Notes under the pieces: generated by a model
Seen by the model: only the letters and a program-made list of their open reading frames with translations
Databases searched by the model: none
What the model was told of the DNA's origin: nothing
Assembly: GCA_963977015.1 (NCBI GenBank)
Contig: CAXBMO010000002.1
Span: 160,001-224,000 of the forward strand
From: an uncultured bacterium
GTDB taxonomy: Bacteria > Verrucomicrobiota > Verrucomicrobiia > Verrucomicrobiales > DEV007
Length of the DNA stretch: 64,000 bases
Direction: 5' to 3'
Position numbers and translations under genes: made by a program
Part shown: piece by piece, positions 12,048 through 22,654 of the stretch
How positions within the stretch are numbered: the first letter of the stretch is position 1
Layout of the letters: each line of letters starts with the position of its first letter

Positions 12048-12109
12048 TTTTTCGTGAAGACAAATTTAGAGAGCTTCCCTACCTGCGAAAGCGATTTTTA
12101 TTTAAAAGG

Positions 12110-12138
12110 TTGCCAAGGATTCTGATTTTGCCTAGTCT
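12110..12138 (+). promoter_or_regulatory. Sigma70-type promoter, probably leaderless transcript
   Basis: TTGCCA-N17-TAGTCT ending 8 nt before ATG 12147; no SD. Confidence 0.55.
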
Positions 12139-12146
12139 CGGCCTCG

Positions 12147-12563
12147 ATGAAAAAAGTGCTTGCTATTCTTTTGGCAGTTTCGGTCGCAGGGGCGGCCTTT
12201 GCCGACATTCAGTCTCCTCCCGCAGATCGCGAAACTTCAGTTCGCAAGCTGAGTCGCGGTCTTTCCAACATTCTTTACGGTTTTATGGAGATCCCGGCAT
12301 CGTTCGAAACCACGCTGAAGAATGAGGGTGCCGGAGAAGCTTTCACCTACGGAATCATCAACGGATTTGATCGCGCCGGAATGCGTTTCGGTTACGGACT
12401 CTACGAAGTGGTCAATTTCCGCAGTCCAAAATACAAGGAAAGCTATCGCAAGCCATACAAGGGTTTGGACTACGACACGGTTCATGGAATGCGCGAGTTT
12501 CCGCCAGAGGTTGGGTTCAGCTCCCGTTCAGGCTACGTTCGCTCGAGTTCCAATACGAACTAA
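12147..12563 (+). CDS. Exosortase system-associated protein, TIGR04073-like
   Basis: Signal peptide and RKLSRGLSNILYGFMEIP motif. Confidence 0.8.
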   Translation: MKKVLAILLAVSVAGAAFADIQSPPADRETSVRKLSRGLSNILYGFMEIPASFETTLKNEGAGEAFTYGIINGFDRAGMRFGYGLYEVVNFRSPKYKESYRKPYKGLDYDTVHGMREFPPEVGFSSRSGYVRSSSNTN

Positions 12564-12592
12564 TCGCACTTTTCTGACTTTCGAATTTTCGG

Positions 12593-12625
12593 AAAGCGTC
12601 GCCTGAAACCGGGCGGCGCTTTTTC
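12593..12625 (+). terminator. Rho-independent terminator
   Basis: AAAGCGTCGCC...GGCGGCGCTTT hairpin running into a T-tract, 30 nt after the stop codon. Confidence 0.7.
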
Positions 12626-12703
12626 GTTGCCCCCCTGTCCCCGGCTAGCCGTCGTCAGTCTTGACGCAGGGGCAATCTACCCGAAGTTAACGATTTACCT
12701 GAC

Positions 12704-14743
12704 ATGCGCAAAATTCTCGTCACTTCAGCCCTTCCTTATGCCAATGGCCACATTCATATCGGCCATCTCGTCGAATATTTGCAAACCGACATGTGGGTTC
12801 GGTTTCAGAAAATGATGGGGAACCAGTGCCGCTACTTTTGTGCAGATGACACCCACGGCACCGCGATCATGCTCCGTGCCCAGAAAGAAGGACGCAGTGA
12901 AGAGGCCTTGATCGCCGAAATGAGCGAGGCGCATCAGCGTGACTTCGGCGGATTCGGTATCGAATTTGATCACTACGGCAGCACGAACAGCCCGGAAAAT
13001 GAAGTTCTTTGCGGGCAGATCTGGAAATCCCTCCGCGAGGCCGGGATGGTTCACGAGCGCGAGATCGAGCAACTCTATGACACCGAGAAAGGGACGTTTC
13101 TGGCGGATCGTCAGGTGAGAGGAACCTGCCCCAATCCGGATTGCCATTCGCCCAACCAACCCGGCGATAACTGCGGAAATTGCGGAAAAACCTATTCGCC
13201 CAAGGACCTGATTGATCCAGTCAGCCAGCTTTCAGGGACGAAACCGGAGGTTCGGTCGGCCCTCCACCTGTTTGTCGAGACCGAGCAGCTGCACGATTTT
13301 CTCACGGAATGGACCCAGTCCGGCGTGATGCCGAAGGAGAGCGCCAAGTACCTGAAGAATTTCTTTTTGGCGGAGCCGCTCCAGGATTGGGACATTTCAC
13401 GCCCGGCTCCCTATTTTGGCTTTGAGATTCCGGACAGCCCCGGGAACTACTGGTATGTCTGGTTTGACGCTCCCATCGGCTACATCGCCTCAACGCAGGC
13501 GTGGTGTAACGCGAACGGGGAGAAACTCGACGATTGGTGGAAAAACGATGACGTCGAGATTCATCATTTCATCGGGAAAGACATTCAGTATTTCCACACC
13601 CTGTTTTGGCCGGCCATGCTCAAAACGGCGGGTTTCAGTCTCCCCAAATTTGTTCACATCCACGGCTTCCTCACGGTCGACGGCGAGAAAATGTCAAAAT
13701 CTCGCGGCACCTTCATCCAGGCGTCCAAATATCTGGAGCATCTCGACCCGAGCTATCTGCGCTACTACTACGCGACCAAACTCTCGAGCCGGGTCGAGGA
13801 CATCGACCTCAACCTGGAAGAATTCGCATCAACCGTGGATGGCCTTTTCAAGAAGGTCGTCAATCTGGCAAGCCGAACCGCGAAGTTCCTCAAACCAACG
13901 GGATTCTCAGAGACCTATCCCGACGACCAGGGCCTTTTCCAAACGTTCAGCAATGGATCAAAGACGATCGCCGAGCACTATGAAAACGGGGATTACAACA
14001 AGGCGATTCGATCGATTCTCGAGTTGGCCGATCAAGCCAACGCCTACATTGAACAGAATGCCCCCTGGGAACTGAAGAAGGATCCGGACAAGGCCGGTCA
14101 AATTCAGGATGTCTGCTCGGTGGGGCTCAACCTCTTCCGCCAACTCGCCATTTTCCTCGCACCGGTCGTCCCAAGCCTGGCCGAAAAAGCCGGCGAGTTG
14201 CTTGGCGAGGCAATTACGTCCTGGGAGCAGGCACAGAAGCCACTTGAGGGAACTCCGGTTGCCAAATTCAAGCACATGATGAAGCCGGTCGATCCGGTAA
14301 AGATTCAAGCCATGGTCGAAGAGAGCAAAATCGAGCAAGAGGCCGAAGCGTCTCCATCTTCGACCTTGAGCACTGCTGACTCCGACGAGTGGTTGAAAGC
14401 GGAACCTCTGGCCGATGAGATGACGATTGATGACTTTGTGAAAGTGGATCTCCGCGTCGCTCGAATCATCGAAGCAAACGAGGTTCCGGAAGCTCGCAAG
14501 CTACTCAATCTCAAGGTTTCCCTTGGAGGCGATGAGGTTCGCAACGTTTTTGCCGGGATCAAGGCCGCTTATCAGCCCGAAGACTTGGTCGGCAAGCTCG
14601 TCATCGTGGCTGCAAACCTGGCACCCCGGAAGATGAAGTTTGGCGTAAGCGAAGGGATGGTCATTGCGGCGGGCCCCGGCGGGAAGGACGTTTTCCTGCT
14701 TCAGCCGGATTCCGGCGCCCAACCAGGGCAGCGGGTTCATTGA
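12704..14743 (+). CDS. metG: Methionine--tRNA ligase with C-terminal tRNA-binding domain
   Basis: [13 protein letters not shown] (HIGH), KMSKS, Zn knuckle, [11 protein letters not shown]-terminal domain. Confidence 0.98.
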   Translation: MRKILVTSALPYANGHIHIGHLVEYLQTDMWVRFQKMMGNQCRYFCADDTHGTAIMLRAQKEGRSEEALIAEMSEAHQRDFGGFGIEFDHYGSTNSPENEVLCGQIWKSLREAGMVHEREIEQLYDTEKGTFLADRQVRGTCPNPDCHSPNQPGDNCGNCGKTYSPKDLIDPVSQLSGTKPEVRSALHLFVETEQLHDFLTEWTQSGVMPKESAKYLKNFFLAEPLQDWDISRPAPYFGFEIPDSPGNYWYVWFDAPIGYIASTQAWCNANGEKLDDWWKNDDVEIHHFIGKDIQYFHTLFWPAMLKTAGFSLPKFVHIHGFLTVDGEKMSKSRGTFIQASKYLEHLDPSYLRYYYATKLSSRVEDIDLNLEEFASTVDGLFKKVVNLASRTAKFLKPTGFSETYPDDQGLFQTFSNGSKTIAEHYENGDYNKAIRSILELADQANAYIEQNAPWELKKDPDKAGQIQDVCSVGLNLFRQLAIFLAPVVPSLAEKAGELLGEAITSWEQAQKPLEGTPVAKFKHMMKPVDPVKIQAMVEESKIEQEAEASPSSTLSTADSDEWLKAEPLADEMTIDDFVKVDLRVARIIEANEVPEARKLLNLKVSLGGDEVRNVFAGIKAAYQPEDLVGKLVIVAANLAPRKMKFGVSEGMVIAAGPGGKDVFLLQPDSGAQPGQRVH

Positions 14744-14753
14744 TGAATCGGGC

Positions 14754-16253
14754 CTAAACGGAAGGCGACGCCCCAAATGCGCCCATCGACTGACGCAGCT
14801 CCGGAAGCGTATAGATCTCCATTTCCTGAGCCACCCCTCGAAGCTGGATACTGCCAATTTGTTCGAAATCAAAACGGTCGCGGACAGCTTGATAGGTGTC
14901 CGCACTGACCAAGCCACAGGTATTGAACTCCTTGGTCTTGGCTTCGAGCCGCGCCGCCACGTTCACGGTTCTGCCGATCGCGGTGTAGTCCATTTTTTGC
15001 TCCGACCCAATGTTCCCAACCACCGCCGTGCCGGTGTGGACCGCCATTCCGATCTGAAGCGCTCGTTGTCCTTTCACGAACCAGTTCGCAGCGAGCGCCC
15101 GGGCAGCCTCCTCCATCTCGATCATGGCTTTGACTGCGTGATACTCCTGCTCGTCATCGTTGAGAGGCGCCCCAAAAACCGCCATCATTCCATCCCCGAT
15201 AAATTTGTCGATCCCTCCCTTATTCGCGAACACGATCTCCACCATTTTGGTGAAGTATTCGTTCAGCTGGGAAACGACATCCTCAGGCGAGACATCTTCC
15301 GCCCAGGCGGTAAAGTCCCGAATATCGGTAAACAGGATGGTGACTTTTTGACGGGTTCCCTCAAGGCGGGGAAGCTCATTGGACTCGATGATCCGTTCGG
15401 CCACATCCCTGGAAACGTAACGCGCAAAAGCCTCTTTTAGCATCTCCCGCTCCTGAAGCGACCGCGCCATCGCATTGACCGCATCCCCAAGCTGGCCAAA
15501 TTCATCCGGGGCCAACCCGGAAATTCGGGTATCGAGATCGCCGTCGGCAATTTTCAAAACGCCTTCGCGCACAATCTGAAGTGGACGGGTTGCAGCTGCC
15601 GAATTTATCAGGGAAACGACGATTCCCAGCGCGATGGTGCATCCCATGATCAAGAGGCCCTGCTTCAACAATTCCACGTTTTGGTCCACCACATCGCTGG
15701 CCTCGATATCGACTCCAACAACCGCGACTGCATCACCGTTCGAATTCAGGACCGGTGCGCCTGCGGAGAAGAACACCCCGTATTCATCTTCCAGAAAGCC
15801 GTCTTCGGCCGCAGCCACTTCCAACCACTCCGCCAGTGGATTCAATTCTCCAGTTACTTCTTCATACTCAAACCGTTCGCCAATCACGGGCTTGATCTCA
15901 TCGTTTTCATCTGAATCGATCACGTATTCCCAAGGCCCGGAAGGCTCCCCGACTGGACGAAAGGTGTAAATGTAGGCGACGTAGACATCATCGCGACGGT
16001 GACGATCCCGCAACGCCCGAAGCTTCAATTCAATGGCACGATAGGCTTCAGATTCATCATCGCCTTCACCAAGCGTCTCGTGAAGGTCGCCATCAATCAA
16101 AGATGCCGCATCAACTGCAATCGAAAGCACTGTGGATTGAATCTGCTGAAAAGCCAATCGCCGCGTTTGAATCAACGAAAACCCAAAGAAGAACGCAGCG
16201 GTCAAGGTAACGGTGCCGACAAAGCCGATGAGCAGTTTGATCCGGTGCGTCAT
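14754..16253 (-). CDS. Membrane class III adenylate cyclase with extracytoplasmic sensor and HAMP domain
   Basis: Two TM helices, HAMP (DEFGQLGDAVNAM), FTDIRDFT, KFIGDG, TVNVAARLE; ATG at 16253. Confidence 0.9.
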   Translation of the reverse strand: MTHRIKLLIGFVGTVTLTAAFFFGFSLIQTRRLAFQQIQSTVLSIAVDAASLIDGDLHETLGEGDDESEAYRAIELKLRALRDRHRRDDVYVAYIYTFRPVGEPSGPWEYVIDSDENDEIKPVIGERFEYEEVTGELNPLAEWLEVAAAEDGFLEDEYGVFFSAGAPVLNSNGDAVAVVGVDIEASDVVDQNVELLKQGLLIMGCTIALGIVVSLINSAAATRPLQIVREGVLKIADGDLDTRISGLAPDEFGQLGDAVNAMARSLQEREMLKEAFARYVSRDVAERIIESNELPRLEGTRQKVTILFTDIRDFTAWAEDVSPEDVVSQLNEYFTKMVEIVFANKGGIDKFIGDGMMAVFGAPLNDDEQEYHAVKAMIEMEEAARALAANWFVKGQRALQIGMAVHTGTAVVGNIGSEQKMDYTAIGRTVNVAARLEAKTKEFNTCGLVSADTYQAVRDRFDFEQIGSIQLRGVAQEMEIYTLPELRQSMGAFGASPSV

Positions 16254-16360
16254 GGCAAGCAGGTAGCGATGAATACAGGCTCCCGCAAGGGAAGGCTCCA
16301 AACTGTAACGAAACCGCCACAATTTACGAGTCGCCTGCGGCCATCCAGCGCTAGACTAGG

Positions 16361-16496
16361 CGATGCAGATTTAGTGAACCTGTAGCCAATGAAAATGACT
16401 AAACACCGGAAAGTTTTCAGCTTTGCCGAAGGTCGAAAGACAGCGGTATCTTTCGCTACCTGCAGCATTGGCCAACACTTCACTTCAAATGCTCTA
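16361..16496. mobile_element. MITE-like element, short (empty) copy
   Basis: Imperfect terminal inverted repeats AGTGAACCTGTAGCCAATG / CATTGGCCAACACTTCACT; ends in TTCAAATGCTCTA; homologous to both ends of 59196-60220. The left boundary is approximate because it is degenerate. Confidence 0.65.
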
Positions 16497-16504
16497 GGAG
16501 AACA

Positions 16505-17425
16505 ATGAACGACCACGATCTAACAGCAACTGGCAATCAGTTCGAACAAATTCGCGACGAGTACATCGATCATCTCGACGAGGAACTGGAATTGGAGCTT
16601 TTCGATAGCGCTGAGGATTCCGAGTCCGACAAAGCGGCGGGAGGAGATCTGGCTGCTTTTCGACGAATGTATTTCCGCGAGCTGCATCAATTGCAGATTG
16701 AGTTGGTCAAGCTTCAGGATTGGGTGGTGGCCACCGGAGAGAAAATCGTCGTCCTGTTTGAAGGCCGGGACGCGGCGGGAAAAGGCGGTGTAATCACGAG
16801 GTTTACGCAACGCATGAACCCGCGAGTCTGCCGCGTCGTCGCTCTACCGGCCCCAAGTGATCGCGAAAAAACGCAGTGGTATTTTCAACGCTATGTCCCC
16901 CACCTGCCAGCTGCGGGTGAGATTGTGTTGTTTGACCGCAGCTGGTACAACCGGGCCGGAGTGGAAAAAGTGATGGGTTTCTGCACCGATGCCGAATACG
17001 ACTCCTTCTTTCGCACCGTACCCGACTTTGAACGCATGTTAGTCGACTCGGGAATTCGGCTCTTCAAATATTGGTTCTCGATTCAGGACGAGGAGCAGAT
17101 TTATCGCTTCCGAGCCCGAATTCATGATCCGCTCAAACGCTGGAAACTCAGCCCGATGGATCTGGAATCACGTCGCCGCTGGGAGGACTACACGAAGGCC
17201 AAAGAAGTGATGTTAAACAAAACCCACTTTGAGTATGCGCCATGGTGGGTGGTGCCCGCCGGAAACAAAAAGCGCGCGCGGCTCAATTGCATCGACCACT
17301 TCCTGAACCAATTGCCGTACGAAGCAATCAAGCGGAAGGATATCGAGCTTCCATCAAGGGTTCATCACAAGGACTACGACCGGCACCCCGTCCCTGACAC
17401 AATGATCGTTCCCCAGAAATACTAA
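16505..17425 (+). CDS. ppk2: Polyphosphate kinase 2
   Basis: FEGRDAAGKGG Walker A, FDRSWYNRAGVE, RWKLSPMD; SD AGGAG upstream. Confidence 0.97.
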   Translation: MNDHDLTATGNQFEQIRDEYIDHLDEELELELFDSAEDSESDKAAGGDLAAFRRMYFRELHQLQIELVKLQDWVVATGEKIVVLFEGRDAAGKGGVITRFTQRMNPRVCRVVALPAPSDREKTQWYFQRYVPHLPAAGEIVLFDRSWYNRAGVEKVMGFCTDAEYDSFFRTVPDFERMLVDSGIRLFKYWFSIQDEEQIYRFRARIHDPLKRWKLSPMDLESRRRWEDYTKAKEVMLNKTHFEYAPWWVVPAGNKKRARLNCIDHFLNQLPYEAIKRKDIELPSRVHHKDYDRHPVPDTMIVPQKY

Positions 17426-17962
17426 GGTCAGGGGGTCCCGTCCTGGCAACCAGCGCCCTCTCGTAGAATTCCAGCCAATGACGACCGGATTCTAGGAAGA
17501 CAGATGAGAAATCCTCAATGTTCGGATTCTCGCTGGAGCCAAGAAGTTCACCTCAAATTGGAGGCAAAGGGACGTTGGCCTTCAACCAACACGTTGATTT
17601 TCATCAATTGGGGGCCACGCGATTAACGTGGAAAGTTCCCCCTCCCGCGAACGGGCGCCATCTGGCGTCTAAGTGCTTTCCCAAAGGAAAGCGGAGCTGA
17701 AAGAGAAGCCTCTTCAGCAGATTTTGAGTTCATTCCAATAATGGACTGCATGTATTATTCTTTCTAAAGCCTGGCGGGTTAGTGTCGCTTATCTCACTTC
17801 AACCGAGAAACCACAGAAAACGCAGCACCACAGAAATTGCAAAACAAGCCACGGCCAGGATGAAAGCAGGCTCGACGCGTTTGGAGTACGGGCAAGCCCT
17901 TTCCCCGCATTTCTCGGGAAATACGATGATTCACCTGGCAACGGAAAGAAGCCTGAAGGCGA

Positions 17963-19966
17963 TTAAGCCATCTCGCCGGCTACCCGAACGACATTCGCCG
18001 CCGTCATGCCAAGTTCTTCCATCACGGTGTCGCCCGGAGCGCTGATGCCAAACCGGTCAATCGCGATGACTTCGCCTTCGCAGCCAACGTATTTCCACCA
18101 AAGCCCGGAAACACCGGCTTCGATCGCGATACGCTTGGTGCAACTCTTCGGCAGCACTTCCTCCCGGTATTCGGCAGGCTGGCGGTCAAAACGCTCCATG
18201 CAGGGCATGGAAACCACCCGAACGCCGTCTCCGAGTTCCTTCGCCGCATCGATCGCGTGCTGAAGCTCGCTGCCCGTTCCGATCAGGATCATTTCGAGAG
18301 GAGCGGTCTCCTTTTTCGCAATGTAAGCACCACGATAAACGCCTTCCCTTCGCTCCATCACGGGAATCTGGCTTTGATTGGGAACATTCTGGCGCGTCAG
18401 CAGAAGCATCGTCGGTCCATCGGTCCGCTGCAATCCTGCGGCAAACGCTCCGGCAGTTTCTTCAGGATCGGCGGGACGAATCACATCCAAGCCCGGAATG
18501 ACCCGGAGTCCGCTGCAGGTTTCGACGGGCTGGTGGGTTGGACCGTCTTCGCCAACACCCACGGAATCGTGCGTGAAAATGTAAAGGACCGGCAATTTGG
18601 CCAAGGCGGCCAAACGAATCGACGGACGGCAATAGTCGGCAAACACGGCAAACGTCGCACCGGAAGCGCGGAAAATCCCGTCATACGCAAGTCCGTTCAT
18701 GATCGCTCCCATCGCGTGTTCGCGAATCCCGTACCAAATGTTGCGCTGGGTGTAATCTTCGCGCGAGAGATCGCCGCTGCTCTTGATGTAGTTTTTGGTC
18801 GACCCGTAGAGGTCGGCACTTCCCGTGACGAGAAGGGGCATCGACTCGGCAATCGGCTGGATGACGGCACCACCTGCGGCGCGTGTCGCCATTTTGTCGT
18901 CCGGTCCAAACTCCGGAATCTCGTTGAGCAGATTGGAAGGCACAAACTTGGCAATTCCCTGGGTCAACGTCTCGGAGAGCTCGGGATTTGCGGCTTTCCA
19001 TGCTTCGTATTTGGCTTCCCAAACTGCGTGAGCCTGAAGCAACGCAGCTTTTCGCTCCGCGAAATACGCCTTAACCTCGTCGGAAATGTAGAACTTCTCT
19101 TCGGGCAACCCAAGCCCTTTGCGGGCTTCGTCCTGGAACTTGATACCTCCTTCGCCGTGACCAGCCGCGGTTCCGGCAACCTGAGGAATGCCCCGCCCAA
19201 TCTCGGTTTTCACTTCGATCAACTTCGGCCGTCCATTGTCATTGGCTTTGGCCTCGGCGACTGCTTTTTCGATCGCAACAAGATCATGTCCGTCAATCGT
19301 GACGGTGTCCCACCCCATCGCTTCAAATCTGGCGGTGGCGTTTTCACTTTGCGTGACTGCCGCCATCGCATCGAGCGTGACGTCGTTTGAATCGTAGATC
19401 AAAATGAGGTTGTCTAGCCCCACATGCCCGGCAAAAGCTGCAGACTCATTCGCGACACCTTCCTGAAGGCAACCGTCTCCGGCCAATGCAATCACGTGGT
19501 AATCAAGAATCTGATGATCGGCGGTATTGAAGCGCTGACCGGCCATTTTTCCGCTCAATGCGTAGCCAACCGCGTTTCCAATTCCCTGACCGAGTGGCCC
19601 CGTGGTTGCTTCGACGCCGGGCGTCTCGTCAAATTCCGGGTGGCCTGGAGTCGTAGAGTGAAGCTGGCGAAAGTCTTTCACCTGCTGCAAAGGCAAATCA
19701 TATCCCGACAAGTGAAGCCAGCTGTAGAGGAACATGGAGCCGTGTCCTGCACTCAGCACGAAGCGATCGCGATTGATCCATTTCGGAGCATCGGGATTGA
19801 ATTGCATGGAATGCCCAAAAAGCACCGCTCCAACTTCCGTCGCACCAAGTGGCAATCCAAGATGTCCTGATTTTGCTTGAGCAACAGCGTCGAGGGAAAG
19901 CCCACGGGCAATGGTGGCGGCTTTCGCGAGAATTTCTGGATTCAACTCCTGGGTACCTTGGCTCAT
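17963..19966 (-). CDS. tkt: Transketolase
   Basis: [41 protein letters not shown]. Confidence 0.98.
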   Translation of the reverse strand: MSQGTQELNPEILAKAATIARGLSLDAVAQAKSGHLGLPLGATEVGAVLFGHSMQFNPDAPKWINRDRFVLSAGHGSMFLYSWLHLSGYDLPLQQVKDFRQLHSTTPGHPEFDETPGVEATTGPLGQGIGNAVGYALSGKMAGQRFNTADHQILDYHVIALAGDGCLQEGVANESAAFAGHVGLDNLILIYDSNDVTLDAMAAVTQSENATARFEAMGWDTVTIDGHDLVAIEKAVAEAKANDNGRPKLIEVKTEIGRGIPQVAGTAAGHGEGGIKFQDEARKGLGLPEEKFYISDEVKAYFAERKAALLQAHAVWEAKYEAWKAANPELSETLTQGIAKFVPSNLLNEIPEFGPDDKMATRAAGGAVIQPIAESMPLLVTGSADLYGSTKNYIKSSGDLSREDYTQRNIWYGIREHAMGAIMNGLAYDGIFRASGATFAVFADYCRPSIRLAALAKLPVLYIFTHDSVGVGEDGPTHQPVETCSGLRVIPGLDVIRPADPEETAGAFAAGLQRTDGPTMLLLTRQNVPNQSQIPVMERREGVYRGAYIAKKETAPLEMILIGTGSELQHAIDAAKELGDGVRVVSMPCMERFDRQPAEYREEVLPKSCTKRIAIEAGVSGLWWKYVGCEGEVIAIDRFGISAPGDTVMEELGMTAANVVRVAGEMA

Positions 19967-20122
19967 TTTTCGTAGTCTACAGTTAGCGTCAATTTGGGCC
20001 GAGCATGGCGAGAATTATCCCCGTTGCAAGTTGGGAATGACGACAGTCCCGACTCAGAGTCGTCAGAATGCGATCGGCCAACCGAAATTGGCGGCCGAAT
20101 CCGCGCTTAGTCCTTGCTCCGC

Positions 20123-21349
20123 CTAGGCTTCTTCAGGTTCCGCCCCCGGGGGCAACTGCGCCGCATGCTCCTGTTCCTCAATCAGCGCTTCCAGCTGCTC
20201 CTCCTTATTCTTGCTCATCACCACGGAGATCCATTTGAAGTCCTCACTTTCATCGAGAGTCATCTTCATCATCATGGTTAGAGGAACCGCCAGGAACATT
20301 CCCACGGGCCCCCAAACCCAGCCCCAGAACAGGACGGAAAGAACGACAACAACCGTCGAAATCCCGAAACGATGCCCCAGTAACGTCGGCTCAATAAAGT
20401 TTCCGATTCCCACATTGATCGCGAGGTAACAGATCGCCACTCCCATACTGGGAAGTCCTCCGCCTCCCGGTTGAATCAAGGCAACCAATACCGGAGGAAT
20501 CGCTGCGACCAGGGAGCCAATGGTAGGAACGTAGTTGAAGAGAAAGGCGACCAGTCCCCACAAGACCGCGAACTGAACCCCGAAAATCGCGCAAACGCCC
20601 CACGCGAGCAATCCAGTCGCAATACTGGCGAGCGTTTTGATTCCCAAATAACGCTGAACTTCCTGTCCCGCGTTTCGAAAACGGCGGAAATTCGGACCAC
20701 GGGCTTCCACCACTTTCTCAATCTTATCGGCAAACTTCCCAGCCTCTCCCAAGATGAAAATCATGAGGATGAAGGCGAAAAACGTCATCGTTACCAACGA
20801 AGTCGTTTTTTGGATGATGTTCACCTGGTTGATCCAATTGAAGAGCGATTTGAGGGAATTGACACTGACGAGCTGCTCGGCGGCAGATTTGACATCAAAC
20901 ACCACCTGAGGAGGTAGCTCGGGTCCTTCCAGCTCGTCTCCTTCGGTCCCGACTTTCGAAGAAAACCAAGTTTGAAGTGGCACCACATGACTGTTGATCC
21001 ACGTCTGCACCGCTTCTGCCCGCTCAATGACGATTTCTTGAAAATCCTTGTCGTATTCGGAAAGACTTTTCTCGAAATCCGGCATGATGTTGGCAATCAC
21101 GACGACCAACAGCGTCAGGAGGGAAACGTGAATCAGAACCGCCATGAGTACGGCGAGCGGCCCGGGAATCCGGTGTGCGCGAAACCATGCCGTGATCGGC
21201 ATACTCAAAATCGCAAGGAACAATCCCAGCAGAATCGGGATCAGAAAATCCTGCGCCGCACGAAGGCCGGCAATGATGACGACGGTGCACGCCAGCGTTA
21301 GCAGCAGTTTGAAACCGCCGTTGCGCCGACTCGGAACTGGGGGGTTCAT
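20123..21349 (-). CDS. AI-2E family transporter
   Basis: Multi-TM; LFNYVPTIGS, GNFIEP, WGWVWGPVGMFLAVPLT. Confidence 0.9.
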   Translation of the reverse strand: MNPPVPSRRNGGFKLLLTLACTVVIIAGLRAAQDFLIPILLGLFLAILSMPITAWFRAHRIPGPLAVLMAVLIHVSLLTLLVVVIANIMPDFEKSLSEYDKDFQEIVIERAEAVQTWINSHVVPLQTWFSSKVGTEGDELEGPELPPQVVFDVKSAAEQLVSVNSLKSLFNWINQVNIIQKTTSLVTMTFFAFILMIFILGEAGKFADKIEKVVEARGPNFRRFRNAGQEVQRYLGIKTLASIATGLLAWGVCAIFGVQFAVLWGLVAFLFNYVPTIGSLVAAIPPVLVALIQPGGGGLPSMGVAICYLAINVGIGNFIEPTLLGHRFGISTVVVVLSVLFWGWVWGPVGMFLAVPLTMMMKMTLDESEDFKWISVVMSKNKEEQLEALIEEQEHAAQLPPGAEPEEA

Positions 21350-21472
21350 TCCTTGATCTTCCACAAGTGCTTAGACTCGCCCCGAAGTGGAATACTCACA
21401 ACCCGAAAAAGACAATCCTCCTGTCGTTTTTCCAAAATTCTCCGCTTGCAGACCGCTATCGAACAGAAGTTT

Positions 21473-22039
21473 TCAGGATTCTGAATCGGCCCACTCGTTG
21501 AGCACTTCCCCCAGTCCCTCATCAGCATTGCCCATTTTGGCCGCCTGCTGCACAACGAGAGCTTTTGCAAACGCCTGACTGCCAATCGCACCTTCTCCAG
21601 AGCTGACAGCTTGTGCCAAGCCGTTCAATTCATCCGCCAAGGCGCCCAAATCACGCAGGAGCGCCACCTCGCGGCGGAACGAATCGAGATCAAACGAACG
21701 CGGCAAAATTCGCTCATTCGCTTCGGCAACTTGCAACGCCCGTTCGACAAAGGATCTTCCACCTTCGCCCATTCGATGCATCAGACACGACTCTCCCACC
21801 GTGTATTCGTCGAGAAAGGCAAACCGCTGTTGAAGCTCGGTTACCGATTGGCGGGCATCATCCAACGGCGAAGACTTCTTCCGTTTGGAACCGGCTGTCG
21901 AAGGTGAATCCAAAGGCGCTTTCAACCGGTTTTTAGCTGAATGTTTTCCCCTTTCCGTCGAGTCTCCCAACGCGGTTTTGGACTCTCCCGAGCGAAAAAT
22001 TTCGAGTAAATTGGCCTTGGAATCGGACATGGGATCCAA
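21473..22039 (-). CDS. Hypothetical helical protein
   Basis: 188-aa ORF; the MGxxGRSFVERALxxA...LPRSFDLDSF segment resembles a widespread uncharacterised family. Confidence 0.65.
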   Translation of the reverse strand: MDPMSDSKANLLEIFRSGESKTALGDSTERGKHSAKNRLKAPLDSPSTAGSKRKKSSPLDDARQSVTELQQRFAFLDEYTVGESCLMHRMGEGGRSFVERALQVAEANERILPRSFDLDSFRREVALLRDLGALADELNGLAQAVSSGEGAIGSQAFAKALVVQQAAKMGNADEGLGEVLNEWADSES

Positions 22040-22120
22040 ATCTACTGTTTGAAGCCGAAAAGACGATTAAAATTTTAATAATTTCGAGAATTCAAACTTC
22101 TCTAAAATTTCTTCAACGTG

Positions 22121-22525
22121 TCAATCGTCCCGCGAAGGCTTGCGCCGCAAACGCTTCGTGTTGCTGCGACGTCGCTTTTGCTCAGTCATCCGGGCTCGAG
22201 ATGCAGCGCTGGGTCGTCGATTCCGAACCCTGGCCCGGGCCGCCGTCCGTTGGCGGCGTAGTTTCCGTTGCCGGCGTTCTTCCTCAAAAATCTCGCAGAT
22301 CTGGGACCGGGCGATATAGCGATTCATCGCTCGCGAACGGCCACTCTGGCATTTCACTTCATGCCCGCTTGGCTCGTGTTTCAACCAGACGCAGGAGTGC
22401 GTTTTGTTGATCTTTTGCCCACCGCTTCCGGTTCCAAGCACGAACTTTTCCGCCAAGTCATCTTCCAAGATGCCCAGGCTCTCCATACGCTCCTCGAGCG
22501 CGCTCTGTTTTTCTGCGGAGATCAT
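22121..22525 (-). CDS. Peptidyl-tRNA hydrolase / release-factor homolog (ArfB/YaeJ-like ribosome rescue factor)
   Basis: GSGGQKINKT (GGQ motif) and highly basic C-terminal tail; lacks codon-recognition domains. Confidence 0.85.
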   Translation of the reverse strand: MISAEKQSALEERMESLGILEDDLAEKFVLGTGSGGQKINKTHSCVWLKHEPSGHEVKCQSGRSRAMNRYIARSQICEIFEEERRQRKLRRQRTAARARVRNRRPSAASRARMTEQKRRRSNTKRLRRKPSRDD

Positions 22526-22654
22526 GAGATGGGTTCATGCGTTAGGACATCATACCCGGTATTTCAGCTTCGTAAAGGAGATTGGCGGGATGCGCCGCCA
22601 GTTCCAGATCGAGAAATTCCCCGTCCCGAAGCTGGCGGCGCCCGATTTTCGTCC

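Noticed and set aside
16373-16469. The repeat as a remnant of a duplicated coding sequence
   Set aside because: Mismatches between the two copies show no third-position periodicity.
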